In this document: one piece after another, positions 17,470 through 26,380 of the stretch
How positions within the stretch are numbered: the first letter of the stretch is position 1
Layout: each line of letters starts with the position of its first letter
Origin: Candidatus Nanopelagicales bacterium
GTDB taxonomy: Bacteria > Actinomycetota > Actinomycetes > S36-B12
Assembly: GCA_032117355.1 (NCBI GenBank)
Contig: JAULZL010000153.1
Span: forward strand, 1 to 42,788
Length of the DNA: 42,788 nt
Reading direction: 5' to 3'
The notes under the pieces: model-generated
Database searches by the model: none
Seen by the model: the letters and a program-made list of their open reading frames with translations, nothing else
Told to the model about the DNA's origin: nothing
Translations under genes and position numbers: made by a program

Positions 17470-18232
17470 TCACTGGAAGGCAATTCTGGCGTGGGGCCTT
17501 GGCTTGATCGGGATTGCAGCCGTCCAACTGAGTGTCTATCCGAGCGTTCGAGACACCGCCACGAGCATGGATCAGTTCATCAACCAGTTTCCGGAACCGC
17601 TGAAGGTGATGTTCCGGATCTCCGACTACACCTCAGGTCCGGGATACCTCTCGGTCGAGTTATTCAGTCTTATGGTGCCGCTCATCTTCATCGCCGTTGG
17701 CGCTTCCTGGGGCGCATCGGCAACGGCGGCCGAGGAGGAAAACGGGACGGCCGACCTGCTCTTCACCTTGCCAATCTCCCGGGCGAGCGTGCTGACCGCG
17801 CGCATGGTGGCAACCGTTGCCGTCCTCATCGTGCTCGCCTTGGCCCTAACGGCCACCCTTGCGATCGGCGTGCAATTACTTGATATGCAGGTTGCGACCG
17901 AGCGACTACTCGCGGCGAGCCTGACTTCAGCACTGCTCGGCCTGCTCTTCAGCGGCGTCGGGTTCATCATCGGGGCAGTGACAGGCAAGAAGGGCGCGGC
18001 ACTCGGAGTCAGCATCGGCATCGCACTCACCGCGTACCTGTTGTTCTCCCTGGCACCCTTGGTCAGCGGGCTGGAGGATGCGCTGCCCCTCAATCCCTTC
18101 CAATGGAGTGTGGGGAGCAACGCGATCAGCGAGGGGTGGAACCCGGGCTACCTCCTGCGCCTCGCTCTCGTAGCCCTCGCCCTCTACGCCGGGTCGATCC
18201 TGGCCCTGCAGCGGCGGGACATCACATCCTGA
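17435..18232 (+). CDS. ABC-2 family transporter permease
   Basis: The protein has 6 TM segments. The ATG at 17435 is preceded by GGAGGTGA and overlaps the ATPase stop by 35 nt. Confidence 0.8.
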   Translation: MLLTIANRSWRDHWKAILAWGLGLIGIAAVQLSVYPSVRDTATSMDQFINQFPEPLKVMFRISDYTSGPGYLSVELFSLMVPLIFIAVGASWGASATAAEEENGTADLLFTLPISRASVLTARMVATVAVLIVLALALTATLAIGVQLLDMQVATERLLAASLTSALLGLLFSGVGFIIGAVTGKKGAALGVSIGIALTAYLLFSLAPLVSGLEDALPLNPFQWSVGSNAISEGWNPGYLLRLALVALALYAGSILALQRRDITS

Positions 18233-18286
18233 GCGGCCCTCGCATCCACCTCAGGTGATCAGCGGGTTTCCGGGATTGGTCACAGT

Positions 18287-18565
18287 TCAGGAATCGCTTT
18301 CGGGACTAGGAGTCTTGCTTCTGCGAGAGTTCAGAACCAGGGCCCATACCGCTATGAGCGCCCAGACTGAATTGAGAACGACCGAAGCGTAGGCGACCTC
18401 GTCCAAGGCGAGTGAATAGCCGATCAAGATGATGGCCCCGGCGAGATTGAGAGCCTGATAGATCGGTGAGATGGACTTGATTCGATTGCTCGACACCAGC
18501 AGATAGGCGCCCAAAACCATGATGACGCCAACATTCCCAATCACATGTGACGTCCAGGATGGCAT
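18287..18565 (-). CDS. small 3-TM membrane protein (resembles the CBU_0592-type family)
   Basis: The sequence VIGNVGVIMVLGAYLLVSSNRIKSISPIYQALNLAGAIILIGYS...VVLNSVWALIAVWAL follows the pattern I recall for that family. The call is tentative. Confidence 0.55.
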   Translation of the reverse strand: MPSWTSHVIGNVGVIMVLGAYLLVSSNRIKSISPIYQALNLAGAIILIGYSLALDEVAYASVVLNSVWALIAVWALVLNSRRSKTPSPESDS

Positions 18566-18712
18566 TGGGGAACGCTAGCAGCGATTCTCAGGCTGCAGCA
18601 GCACTTCATATATTGGTAGCGCTCCTACATCACGGAGGAGGTGTTCACTGGACCAGAAGTTTCGTCCATCGGCAGGTTCCCCTACCCTGACCCTTAACCG
18701 AAGGAGGATCCC

Positions 18713-20062
18713 ATGACCATGACACCCGAGCGGACCGTTTCCGGCGTAACCCAGGAGCGCAACCTGGTCACAGCCATTCCCGGGCCGGTCTCCCAGGCAC
18801 TGCATGCTCGCAAGACGGCCGCCGTCTCGAGCGGCGTCGGCGTCATGCTGCCCGTGTACATCGCACAGGCTGGTGGCGGGATCCTCGTCGACGTCGACGG
18901 CAACTCAATGATTGACATGGGCTCCGGTATAGCCGTCACGACGGTCGGCAATGCCAACCCTGAGGTGGTGGCCGGCGTCCAAGAGCAGGTCGCCGCCTTC
19001 ACCCACACCTGCTTCATGGTCACGCCCTACGCCGGATACGTCGAGGTGTGCGAGGCCCTGAACCGGCTTACCCCTGGCGACCACGCCAAGCGGTCAGCCC
19101 TGTTCAACTCGGGAGCCGAGGCCGTCGAAAACGCCGTCAAGATCGCTCGGACTTACACCAAGCGACAGGCCGTCGTGGTCTTCGAGCACGGCTACCACGG
19201 ACGCACCAATCTCACGATGGGCATGACCGCGAAGAACATGCCCTACAAGCAGGGCTTCGGCCCCTTCGCACCAGAGATCTACCGGGTTCCAACCTCATAC
19301 CCCTTCCGGGACAACGGCGTTAGCGGCCCGGATATGGCCCGTATCGCGACCACTCGCATCGACAAGGAGATCGGCGCAGGCAATGTCGCCGCCATCATCA
19401 TCGAGCCGGTGCAGGGCGAGGGTGGCTTCATCGTTCCTGAGCCGGGCTTCTTCTCCGCACTTGCCGAGTACTGCCGCGCCAACGGCATCGTGTTCGTTGC
19501 GGACGAGATCCAGTCAGGGTTCTGCCGCACCGGCGATTGGTTCGCCAGCGAGCACGAGGGGGTTGTGCCAGACCTGATCACCACCGCCAAGGGCATCGCC
19601 GGCGGCCTGCCCCTCGCGGGCGTGACCGGCCGCGCCGAGATCATGGATGCCGTTCACGCCGGTGGTCTCGGCGGAACCTACGGCGGGAATCCCGTTGCCT
19701 GCGCCGGTGCCCTCGGTGCCATCCGCTGGATGGAGGAGAACGACGCCCCGGTCCTCGCTCGAGGCATTGCAGAACTCGCACTACCGCGGCTGCACGCCCT
19801 CGCATCCCAGTACCCGAGTATCGGCGACATCCGCGGCCGGGGTGCAATGCTGGCCATCGAGCTGGTCAAGCCGGGGACCACAGATCCCAACCCCGATCTG
19901 GCATCCGCGGTGAGCAGTCACTGCCACAGCAACGGGGTCGTCACCCTGACCACGGGGACCTTCGGCAATGTGCTGCGTTTCCTGCCGCCACTGACCATGC
20001 CCGAGCACCTGCTTATGGAGGCTTTCGACGTGATTGCTGACGGCTTCGCCGCAAACGCGTAG
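18713..20062 (+). CDS. gabT: 4-aminobutyrate--2-oxoglutarate transaminase (class III aminotransferase)
   Basis: The N-terminus RNLVTAIPGPVSQALHARKTAAVSSGVGVMLPVYIAQAGGGILVDVDGNSMIDMGSGIAVTTVGN and the motif FTHTCFMVTPY are very close to actinobacterial GabT. The catalytic Lys lies in the TTAKGIAGG context. A GAAGGAGGA Shine-Dalgarno sequence precedes the ATG. Confidence 0.9.
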   Translation: MTMTPERTVSGVTQERNLVTAIPGPVSQALHARKTAAVSSGVGVMLPVYIAQAGGGILVDVDGNSMIDMGSGIAVTTVGNANPEVVAGVQEQVAAFTHTCFMVTPYAGYVEVCEALNRLTPGDHAKRSALFNSGAEAVENAVKIARTYTKRQAVVVFEHGYHGRTNLTMGMTAKNMPYKQGFGPFAPEIYRVPTSYPFRDNGVSGPDMARIATTRIDKEIGAGNVAAIIIEPVQGEGGFIVPEPGFFSALAEYCRANGIVFVADEIQSGFCRTGDWFASEHEGVVPDLITTAKGIAGGLPLAGVTGRAEIMDAVHAGGLGGTYGGNPVACAGALGAIRWMEENDAPVLARGIAELALPRLHALASQYPSIGDIRGRGAMLAIELVKPGTTDPNPDLASAVSSHCHSNGVVTLTTGTFGNVLRFLPPLTMPEHLLMEAFDVIADGFAANA

Positions 20063-20073
20063 CCGTCAATCGA

Positions 20074-20640
20074 ATGTTCAAGGCGCGCGATCTTGCCCTA
20101 GTCGCAGCCTTCTCCGCACTGATCGCCCTGCTCGGTCTCCCCGGTGGGATCAGCGTGTTCGGCAGCAGCGTGCCGATCACCCTGCAGAGCATGGGTCCGA
20201 TGCTGGCGGCATCCATCCTCGGTTGGAAGCGCGGATGCGCCAGCGTGGTGGCCTTTCTCGTCCTAGTCGCAGCCGGGCTGCCACTGCTTGCCGGTGGCCG
20301 CGGGGGTCTTTCGGTCTTTGCCAGCCCCAGCCTGGGCTATCTCATCGGCTTCATCTTCGGCTCGGCGGTCATAGGTCTGATCGTGCAAGCACGACAACCC
20401 CGGTCTTCATGGTGGTGGACGGCTATGGCCAACGTCATCGGCGGTATCGGGGTCGTCTACCTTTTCGGAATCCCGATTCAGGCCGCCATCCTGGGCACCA
20501 GCGGAGTGATCGCCACCGCGATCGCTGCGACGGTGTTCCTGCCCGGAGATCTTTTCAAGGTCATCGTTGCCACCTCAGTGGCCACAGCCGTGCACCGCGC
20601 CTATCCCGACCTAACCCCGCCGCTGCGCAAAGCGCGCTGA
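20074..20640 (+). CDS. bioY: biotin transporter S component BioY (ECF substrate-binding subunit)
   Basis: Hallmark BioY motifs are present: VPITLQS, GLPLLAGG, SPSLGYLIGF and FLPGDLFK. Confidence 0.88.
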   Translation: MFKARDLALVAAFSALIALLGLPGGISVFGSSVPITLQSMGPMLAASILGWKRGCASVVAFLVLVAAGLPLLAGGRGGLSVFASPSLGYLIGFIFGSAVIGLIVQARQPRSSWWWTAMANVIGGIGVVYLFGIPIQAAILGTSGVIATAIAATVFLPGDLFKVIVATSVATAVHRAYPDLTPPLRKAR

Positions 20641-20650
20641 ACTCGACCAC

Positions 20651-21697
20651 GTGAATGCGGTTCGCGTCGCTGCAGGTGGCAATCGGCAGATCCTGGACGC
20701 TGTTCTTGACGGTCTAGCCGATGGGTCGGCATTCGCAGTTGCCCCTCCCGGTTTGACGCCCACCGTCACGGAGCTCGAAGCGGGCGAACTCCTCGTCTTC
20801 ACGAGTGGTTCCACTGGACGCGGAATCCGTCGGACGCACCGCTCATGGCTCGCCAGCCTTGAGCCCCTGACCGATGTGATCGCTGGAACGCCGGAAGACC
20901 GCATCTGGATTCCTGGGCCGTTGCACTCCACCCTCTACCTCTACGGGGCAATCCATGCCATCCACCTGACCGGGCAGGTCATCCTCGATGACGAGCCATC
21001 CGACAACGCAACCATCGTTCATGCGGTGCCGGCCCGCGCACTTCAGATTCTCGACCACCCGCCGCCGAGACTTCGCACGATCGTCGTGGCCGGCGATCAC
21101 GTCCCGGCTACGTTGCGAAGCCGCGCGGTCGACCTCGGGATCGCAGTTGTCGAGTACTACGGCGCGACGGAACTATCCTTCGTCGCCTGGTGCCGGGACG
21201 ACTCAGGGCTCAGGCCTTTCCCGGGTGTCGAGATCGAGATTCGCGACGGGTCGATATGGGCCCGCTCGCCGTACCTCGCCACCGGCTACCTGAACCCGCC
21301 CGGCGTCCCCTCCGGGCCGGCGCGATGGCGCGATGGCTGGGCGACCGTGGGAGACCAGGGTGAATTGATCGACGGGCAACTCGTCGTCCGTGGCCGGGGC
21401 GACCAAGCGATCACGGTCGGTGGCCACACCATCGTGGTCGAGGATGTCGAGGAGCACCTGCGGGTAGCGCTCGGGGTGGAGGATGTCGCCGTGACGAGCA
21501 TTGACCACGTCGGCCTCGGTGCCGTGATCGTTGCCGTGATCAGTTGCGACATTGACGAGCACGCCCGTCGCGAGGCAGCACAGCAGCTAGTGGAGCCCGC
21601 GCGCCCGCGACGGTGGGTACGTGTTGATGCCCTGCCGCGCACGAGATCGGGCAAGCTGGACCGACAAGCCCTACGTGAGATTGCGGACAACACGTGA
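20651..21697 (+). CDS. short (348 aa) ANL-superfamily adenylating enzyme / acyl-CoA ligase, MenE-like architecture
   Basis: Motifs are FTSGSTGRGIR (A3), YYGATE (A5), VGDQG...GRGDQAITVGGHTI (A7/A8) and RTRSGKLDR (A10 Lys). The N-terminal domain is truncated compared with 500+ aa ligases. The start is the GTG at 20651, 10 nt after the bioY stop. Confidence 0.85.
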   Translation: MNAVRVAAGGNRQILDAVLDGLADGSAFAVAPPGLTPTVTELEAGELLVFTSGSTGRGIRRTHRSWLASLEPLTDVIAGTPEDRIWIPGPLHSTLYLYGAIHAIHLTGQVILDDEPSDNATIVHAVPARALQILDHPPPRLRTIVVAGDHVPATLRSRAVDLGIAVVEYYGATELSFVAWCRDDSGLRPFPGVEIEIRDGSIWARSPYLATGYLNPPGVPSGPARWRDGWATVGDQGELIDGQLVVRGRGDQAITVGGHTIVVEDVEEHLRVALGVEDVAVTSIDHVGLGAVIVAVISCDIDEHARREAAQQLVEPARPRRWVRVDALPRTRSGKLDRQALREIADNT

Positions 21698-22821
21698 GGG
21701 ATTGCACGCCCGTTATCGTCGCCGCTCGCCGAACCGCGATCGGAACAGCCGGCCGAGCCCTGGCCGCCCTGAGTGTGGATGAGCTCCTGGCTCCCGTGCT
21801 GCGCGAGATCGCCCGAGAGTCACTCGGGCCGGGGGACCACGTCGATCAGGTCGTCGCCGGTATCGCACGAGGTCCGGGTGGGAATCCAGCCCGGGTCGCT
21901 GCCCTGGCTGCCGGCCTTGACCCGAACGTTGCCGCTATCACCGTGGACCTCCAGTGCGGCAGCGGGCTCGCGGCGATTTGCCTGGCAGCCGACATGGTGG
22001 CTGCCGGCAGCGCCACGATCGTCCTTGCCGGTGGGGCGGAGAGCGCCAGCAACGCCCCTGTCGGCCGGGCTCGATTCGCCCCTAGCGAGATCGGGGACCC
22101 GGACATGGGTCCAGCGGCCGAGGATCTCGCTCGGCACTTCGGGGTGAGCCGGAAGAGGCAGGACGAGTATGCGATCCGCTCCCATGAACGTGCGCTGGCC
22201 TCGCGAGAGCTGATCGCATCCGAGATCATCCCGGTCGCCGGACTCACCGAAGATCAGCGGCCCCGGCACCTAAAGGCTGAGGTCCTCGCGCGAATGCCCG
22301 CTGCCTTCGTCAGCGACGACACCAGCCCCCCCGGCACCGTCACCGCCGGCAACAGTTGCGGTATCAGCGATGGCGCCGCCGCAGTCATGATCGTCCCGGA
22401 GTGGTGGCGCGCCGAGCGCCGGATGACCGGACTAGCCATGCGCTCATGGGCCACGGTCGGGGTTGATCCGCGACTGCCAGGCATCGGGCCCGTGCCGGCC
22501 ATCACCCGCATCCTTGCCGCTACGTCCCTGACCCTCGACGAGCTTGATGTTCTCGAGATAACCGAGGCCTTCGCTGCCCAGGTCCTCAGCGTGACCGACG
22601 CCCTTGGCCTCGACGCACTGGGTTCAGACGCGGGCCGGGTCTGCCCATTCGGCGGCGCAATTGCCATCGGCCATCCATGGGGAGCGTCGGGTGCGGTGCT
22701 GATGGTGCGGCTTTTCACCCTGCTCGTGCGCCATTCGGATGGCAGACGGGTTGGCGCCGCGGCATGTGCGGTCGGCGGAGGTCAGGGTATCGCCGCTCTC
22801 GTGGAGCGCACCGATGGCTGA
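21694..22821 (+). CDS. thiolase (acetyl-CoA C-acyl/acetyltransferase family)
   Basis: The catalytic set is complete: LQCGSGLAAI (nucleophilic Cys), GNSCGISDGAAAVM, IGHPWGASG (His) and CAVGGGQG (Cys). The GTG start overlaps the ligase stop (GTGA). Confidence 0.9.
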   Translation: MRDCTPVIVAARRTAIGTAGRALAALSVDELLAPVLREIARESLGPGDHVDQVVAGIARGPGGNPARVAALAAGLDPNVAAITVDLQCGSGLAAICLAADMVAAGSATIVLAGGAESASNAPVGRARFAPSEIGDPDMGPAAEDLARHFGVSRKRQDEYAIRSHERALASRELIASEIIPVAGLTEDQRPRHLKAEVLARMPAAFVSDDTSPPGTVTAGNSCGISDGAAAVMIVPEWWRAERRMTGLAMRSWATVGVDPRLPGIGPVPAITRILAATSLTLDELDVLEITEAFAAQVLSVTDALGLDALGSDAGRVCPFGGAIAIGHPWGASGAVLMVRLFTLLVRHSDGRRVGAAACAVGGGQGIAALVERTDG

Positions 22822-23494
22822 GATCGTCTTCGATCAGGTGAGCCACCACTTCGGTTCACGCCAGGTCCTCAGCGAGGTAGACCTGACGCTGAGCGGTCCC
22901 CGGATCGGGATCATCGGAGCCAACGGCTCGGGCAAGTCAACCCTGGTGCGAATGATCAACGGTCTCATCGATCCAAGCCAGGGCAGGGTCTTGGTGGACG
23001 GCCTCGACACCGCACGGGACGGTCATAAGGTGCGCCGACTCGTCTCCTTCCTGTTCTCTGATCCCGATGCCCAGATCGTCATGCCCACGGTCGCGGAGGA
23101 CATCGCGTTTTCCCTGCGGCGTCAGCGGCTCGCTCCGGAACGGGTGGCAGAGCACGTTGAGGCCGCCCTGCGCATGGTCGGCCTTCTCGACTACTCGACA
23201 CACCCAGCTCACCTACTTTCCAGTGGCCAAAAGCAGTTGCTGGCCATGGCCTCCGTGCTGGTCACCGAGCCACGCGTGCTGATCTGCGACGAGCCAACCA
23301 CGCTGTTGGACCTCGCCAACACCCGCACCATCACCGGAATCATCGACACCCTTCCGCAGCAGGTCGTCATGGTGACCCATGACCTGTCCCTAGTAGAGGA
23401 CTGGGAGCGGGTGATCGTCGTTCATGAGGGTCGCATCGCGGCCGACACCAACGGGACGCAAGCAGTCCCCTTCTATCGATCGCTGCTGTCATGA
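22814..23494 (+). CDS. bioM: ECF transporter ATPase (single A component, BioM-type)
   Basis: Motifs are GANGSGKST, LSSGQKQLLAMA and LICDEPTTLLD. The ATG at 22814 overlaps the thiolase stop (ATGGCTGA). Confidence 0.86.
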   Translation: MAEIVFDQVSHHFGSRQVLSEVDLTLSGPRIGIIGANGSGKSTLVRMINGLIDPSQGRVLVDGLDTARDGHKVRRLVSFLFSDPDAQIVMPTVAEDIAFSLRRQRLAPERVAEHVEAALRMVGLLDYSTHPAHLLSSGQKQLLAMASVLVTEPRVLICDEPTTLLDLANTRTITGIIDTLPQQVVMVTHDLSLVEDWERVIVVHEGRIAADTNGTQAVPFYRSLLS

Positions 23495-24096
23495 CCCCCG
23501 CATTGATCGGCATCTACCGGCCCGGTACGTCGCCCCTTCATCGTGCACGTGCGGGGGCCAAGTTGGTCATGCTGCTGCTCCTCACCAGCCTGCTTCTTGC
23601 CTGGCGATCGGTGCCGACCGTCCTGTTGGCCATCGCGCTCACCGTTGGCCTATACGCACTCGCCGGCCTCTCACCCAAGGTGCTTATCCAGCAAGCCTGG
23701 CCACTTCGCTGGTTCATCCTGCTTCTCGTCCCCCTTCAGGTGCTGCTGAGCGGCTGGCAGGTGGCCGTGACGATCGTCGGGACGATGATCATCGCCGTCC
23801 TGCTTGCCAGCCTGGTCAGCCTGACGACGACCACAACGCAGATCCTCGATGCCATTGAGGGGTTGCTTCGGCCGCTGCCCGATCAGGTCGCACGGCGCAT
23901 CGCACTGCTCCTTGCCTTGACCATTCGCGCCATCCCCGTCATCGCTGGCCTAGCCGATGAGGTCCAGCAGGCACGACGCGCTCGCGGAATGGAGCGAAGC
24001 CCCCGTGCCTATGTCACCCCCGTCGTGCTGCGCACCATTGGATACTCGCAGCGCCTTGGAGAGGCACTGGTCGCACGCGGGGTGGATGACCAGTAG
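23491..24096 (+). CDS. bioN: ECF transporter transmembrane T component (BioN/CbiQ-type)
   Basis: The protein opens with YRPGTSPLHRARAGAKL and has 4-5 TM segments plus the C-terminal ARRARG coupling-helix motif. Its start overlaps the ATPase stop (ATGA). Confidence 0.8.
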   Translation: MTPALIGIYRPGTSPLHRARAGAKLVMLLLLTSLLLAWRSVPTVLLAIALTVGLYALAGLSPKVLIQQAWPLRWFILLLVPLQVLLSGWQVAVTIVGTMIIAVLLASLVSLTTTTTQILDAIEGLLRPLPDQVARRIALLLALTIRAIPVIAGLADEVQQARRARGMERSPRAYVTPVVLRTIGYSQRLGEALVARGVDDQ

Positions 24097-24127
24097 GGGG
24101 GTGACGACCGGGGAATAGGCTCCGGCC

Positions 24128-24805
24128 GTGGCCAAGCCGTTGGAGGATCTCGTCCATCCGACCTGGGTTCCCGCCCTAGACGGTGAACGGGACACCCTCA
24201 CTGAGATCGGTGAGTTCCTCCGATCAGAAGCCCAGCAAGGTCGGCCATGGTTTCCGTCCGGCGACGTGATTCTGCGGGCCTTCCAGCGCCCCCTGCCCGA
24301 TGTTCGGGTTCTGATAACCGGTCAGGATCCTTACCCGACACCTGGTCATGCGATGGGGCTGTCCTTCTCAGTGGCACCGGCGGTACGACCCCTGCCGCGA
24401 AGCCTGCAGAACATCGTGACGGAATTGGTGAGCGACCTTGGGGTACCAAAACCCTCGAATGGCGACCTCACGCCCTGGGCCGACCAGGGGGTGCTGCTGC
24501 TGAATCGGGTCCTGACCGTGCAGTCCGGCGAACCTGGAAGTCATCGGGGCATCGGCTGGGAACGGGTGACCGATGCGGCGATCCGCGGCCTGGTCGATCG
24601 AGCCGACGAGCCGCTCGTAGCCATCCTGTGGGGCAGGGATGCGCAGTCACTCGAGCCTGCCCTGCCCGATATCCCGATCATCGCCAGCGCCCACCCGAGC
24701 CCGATGTCAGCTGACCGCGGCTTTTTCGGCTCACGACCGTTCAGTACTGCGAATGAGTACCTCGAGGATCTCGGCGGCGAGCCAATCGACTGGGAACTTC
24801 CCTAG
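24128..24805 (+). CDS. ung: uracil-DNA glycosylase, family 1
   Basis: Motifs are [27 protein letters not shown] and SAHPSPMSA. Confidence 0.92.
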   Translation: MAKPLEDLVHPTWVPALDGERDTLTEIGEFLRSEAQQGRPWFPSGDVILRAFQRPLPDVRVLITGQDPYPTPGHAMGLSFSVAPAVRPLPRSLQNIVTELVSDLGVPKPSNGDLTPWADQGVLLLNRVLTVQSGEPGSHRGIGWERVTDAAIRGLVDRADEPLVAILWGRDAQSLEPALPDIPIIASAHPSPMSADRGFFGSRPFSTANEYLEDLGGEPIDWELP

Positions 24806-24885
24806 CCGAAGGCGATGCCATCGAGGAGCTCAGGACTCTGCCATGCAGATCAGGATCCAGGGGCAGACCACGATGCCGGGGTAGA

Positions 24886-25257
24886 TCAGGATTCCGGGGT
24901 GGGCAGCTTTCGCCGCTCGATGTCCAGCCGCACGTAGCGCTCGGACACGAAGGACATGAACGGGATCGTTCCCGCCAGCAGGATGAGCACCGTGCGGCCG
25001 ATGCCGTACCGAAGCCGGAATGCGAGGTCCACTCCAACGACCAGGTAGATGAAGTAGGCCCAGCCGTGGACGATCCACAGGACGGAGTACAGGGTTGGCT
25101 TCTGGTCATTGGCGCCGAAGAACTCGCCAAGGCCATTGCCGGCACCGACCCACAGTGCAATGAGGACGAGCATCCAGGTGAACGCCGCACCCAGGATGAC
25201 GCCGGTGGCGTAGGCCATGACCTTGTACCGCACCGCTGCGCCCGGAATTCCCTTCAC
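24886..25257 (-). CDS. DUF3817 domain membrane protein
   Basis: The sequence VRYKVMAYATGV...IVHGWAYFIYL...LLAGTIPFMSFVSE matches the DUF3817 pattern. Confidence 0.78.
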   Translation of the reverse strand: MKGIPGAAVRYKVMAYATGVILGAAFTWMLVLIALWVGAGNGLGEFFGANDQKPTLYSVLWIVHGWAYFIYLVVGVDLAFRLRYGIGRTVLILLAGTIPFMSFVSERYVRLDIERRKLPTPES

Positions 25258-25359
25258 GCACCGAAGGTTAGCGGGGTACTCCCATCATGGTGCTGCTCGG
25301 GCGCTCAAGCCTCCCGCACGGTGCGGTCGGCTAGGTCCGTCACAACGAGGCACCCGGTT

Positions 25360-25414
25360 TGACGGGGGTGGTCGAACTCGGCGCGTAAGTGACGGGGGTG
25401 GTCGAACTCGGCGC
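25360..25414. repeat. two perfect 25-bp direct repeats separated by 5 bp, intergenic
   Basis: The unit tgacgggggtggtcgaactcggcgc occurs at about 25360-25384 and again at about 25390-25414. The pair lies between the PfkB kinase stop (25455) and the DUF3817 start (25257). Confidence 0.85.
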
Positions 25415-25454
25415 TGCCAGGCTCAGCCCCGGAGAATCGTCCGCAAGGCTGGTC

Positions 25455-26369
25455 CTAGTAGCCGGGAACCTCATTGGCATAGGGGGGCTCTGCGCCCGCT
25501 CGCTGGCAGGTCACCCCGGCAACCGCGATCCCGTAGCGCACTGCCTCGATGATGGCGTCCACATCCTGAAGGTCCTGCCTGCCACGACCACCGCCCAGCC
25601 AATGGCATAGGAAGCCACCGCTGAAGGAGTCACCCGCACCCACCGTGTCGACAACGGGCACCTCGGGGACTTCAAGGGTCACCGTCGGCGCAGACGTCAG
25701 GATGCGCACTCCCTCGGCGCCATCGGTGAAGAGGACTACGGCACCGGTTGACTCCTGCAATGTGCGAGCCGCCTCGGCACGACCGACACCGGGATACAGC
25801 ACGGCGAGGTCATCACCGCTTACCTTCACCACATCAGCCCGGCGAAGCACGGCCTGCAGGGTCTCCACAAATGAATTGGGCCGGGTCATCACACTCGGCC
25901 GGCAATTGGGATCAACCATGACCAGGCGATCACCCGGTGCCGACTCGACAACCGCCCGACTGGCATCCGCGAGAGGTCGAAGAACAAGGCCCAGGGTGCC
26001 CACATGGACGGCCCGGCAGTCGCTCGGCACTGCGGCCAGTGCAGCTTGCGGCGTTACCGCAACCGCCGACGTCCCCTCGAGCATGAAGCGGTAGCTCGCG
26101 GCGCCGGTCTCGTCGATCTCAGCGATAGCCAGCGTGGTGGGCTCGCTCATCCGCTCGCCAAGGGCATAGGCAACTCGATCAGCCTCGAGCAGGCGCATGA
26201 TCCGGCCGCCAAATGGATCCCGGGATATGCCACCAAGGAAGGTCGAATCCACTCCTAGTCGAGCGACCGTTCGCGCGGTGTTCAGCGGACCCCCGCCTAC
26301 CACGGAGGTCACATTGCCGAGGGGATCGACGATGATGTCGACGAGGGCTTCTCCCACCACGGTGATCAT
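25455..26369 (-). CDS. PfkB-family carbohydrate kinase (fructokinase-like)
   Basis: The ATG at 26369 gives MITVVGEALVDII. The protein also has GGGPLNTA, and the C-terminus carries DTVGAGDSFSGG, the PfkB signature. Confidence 0.87.
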   Translation of the reverse strand: MITVVGEALVDIIVDPLGNVTSVVGGGPLNTARTVARLGVDSTFLGGISRDPFGGRIMRLLEADRVAYALGERMSEPTTLAIAEIDETGAASYRFMLEGTSAVAVTPQAALAAVPSDCRAVHVGTLGLVLRPLADASRAVVESAPGDRLVMVDPNCRPSVMTRPNSFVETLQAVLRRADVVKVSGDDLAVLYPGVGRAEAARTLQESTGAVVLFTDGAEGVRILTSAPTVTLEVPEVPVVDTVGAGDSFSGGFLCHWLGGGRGRQDLQDVDAIIEAVRYGIAVAGVTCQRAGAEPPYANEVPGY

Positions 26370-26380
26370 GGAGGGCAACG

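Noticed and set aside
18713-20062. The class III aminotransferase upstream of bioY being BioA (the biotin pathway aminotransferase)
   Set aside because: Its N-terminal 80 residues and the FTHTCFMVTPY block match the actinobacterial GabT pattern closely, and its length (449 aa) fits GabT. The GabT call is retained and the adjacency is only noted.
24806-24885. An imperfect direct repeat, gatcaggat(c/t)c(a/c)gggg, between convergent ung and the DUF3817 gene as a terminator or regulatory element
   Set aside because: It has only about 15 nt with mismatches, and no stable stem-loop or T-tract is evident.
25360-25414. The possibility that the 25-bp direct repeats are a CRISPR array or a tRNA-derived att site
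   Set aside because: There are only two copies with a 5-bp spacer and no cas genes. The tcgaac core lacks flanking complementary T-stem arms, so it is not a tRNA 3' fragment. It is kept as an unexplained repeat instead.
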